Below, one piece after another: positions 63,643 to 64,000 of a stretch of 64,000 nucleotides of DNA; position 1 is the first letter of the stretch; every line of letters starts with the position of its first letter. The notes beneath the pieces are model-generated. The model was not told where the DNA came from, searched no databases, and saw nothing but the letters and a program-made list of their open reading frames with translations. Source of the stretch: Camelus ferus (taxonomy: Eukaryota); assembly GCF_009834535.1 (NCBI RefSeq), contig NC_045697.1:111168001-111232000 (forward strand), read 5' to 3'. A program made the position numbers and the translations under genes.

Positions 63643-63673
63643 GGAGCTCCACATGGCAGGGAACCATTATACC
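63643..63673 (-). pseudogene. Candidate first coding exon, ATG at 63667
   Basis: GGTATAATGG has A at -3 and G at +4; MVPCHVEL C|gtaacg, phase 1 fits exon 2. Confidence 0.45.
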
Positions 63674-64000
63674 CTGGCAGCAGGAACCACCCAAAAGAAA
63701 CAGATTTCTACATTTTCATTCTAATCCATTTGTAACTTCCTGGAAACAGTAGGAGTAGTATCGTAATAAATCCCAAAAGGTTTTACATGTAAGTATTCAT
63801 GGTAATCTCCCTTTTCTTCTGGTGAATCTAAAAGGTGTCATGAAGAGTGATGACACTTTTAAAATGTTTTTTTTTTTTTCAAAGAATTTTCTAACCAGAG
63901 AATTGCAGGCTTTAAAACAGCCATTATTGGTAAATATTTCTCTACTGATTTCTCTGTTTCAAAGCCTTTCTGTGTGAAATGAAGACAATAATGATGCCAA

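Larger units (their letters stand above)
1..63673 (-). pseudogene. Decayed unprocessed multi-exon gene (~39 candidate exons, ~5.2 kb), extending beyond the left edge; product unidentified
   Basis: Series of pyrimidine-tract+AG / GT-bounded segments, all on the minus strand and outside repeats. Three long chains join in compatible phase (63667->43023; 25333->18370; 9070->82). Multiple in-frame TGA/TAA/TAG and frameshifts. Confidence 0.8.

Noticed and set aside
1..64000. Prokaryotic systems (CRISPR, operons, defence islands, rRNA/tRNA)
   Set aside because: The sequence is mammalian and repeat-rich; no repeat-spacer arrays, long ORFs or RNA-gene motifs are visible.

Overview
This is eutherian mammalian genomic DNA, not prokaryotic. 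It holds MIR, L2, L1, ERV1, ERV-L/MLT2, MaLR and MER DNA-transposon relics. The young L1 3' ends look camelid/cetartiodactyl-like (inference from recall). There is no intact protein-coding gene, RNA gene or CRISPR array. ORF-track entries are TE remnants (L1 ORF1/ORF2, ERV protease/RT), pieces of decayed exons, or noise. The main hidden structure is on the minus strand: about 39 AG...GT-bounded exon-like segments (~5.2 kb, ~1,700 codons) running from a strong-Kozak ATG at 63667 off the left edge of the window. Long runs of these exons join in compatible phase but carry many in-frame stops and some frameshifts. I read this as a decayed, unprocessed multi-exon gene (unitary pseudogene candidate). 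The repaired protein appears to have a signal-peptide-like N-terminus, a possible hydrophobic segment and a long charged/helical region, loosely reminiscent of EVC2/limbin architecture (unverified). Its introns contain sense-oriented ERV1 and ERV-L proviral relics, tandem L1 5' ends, two L1s at one re-used target site, and solo LTRs, one rich in CCAAT boxes and octamers. Exon boundaries were read by eye and some are uncertain.
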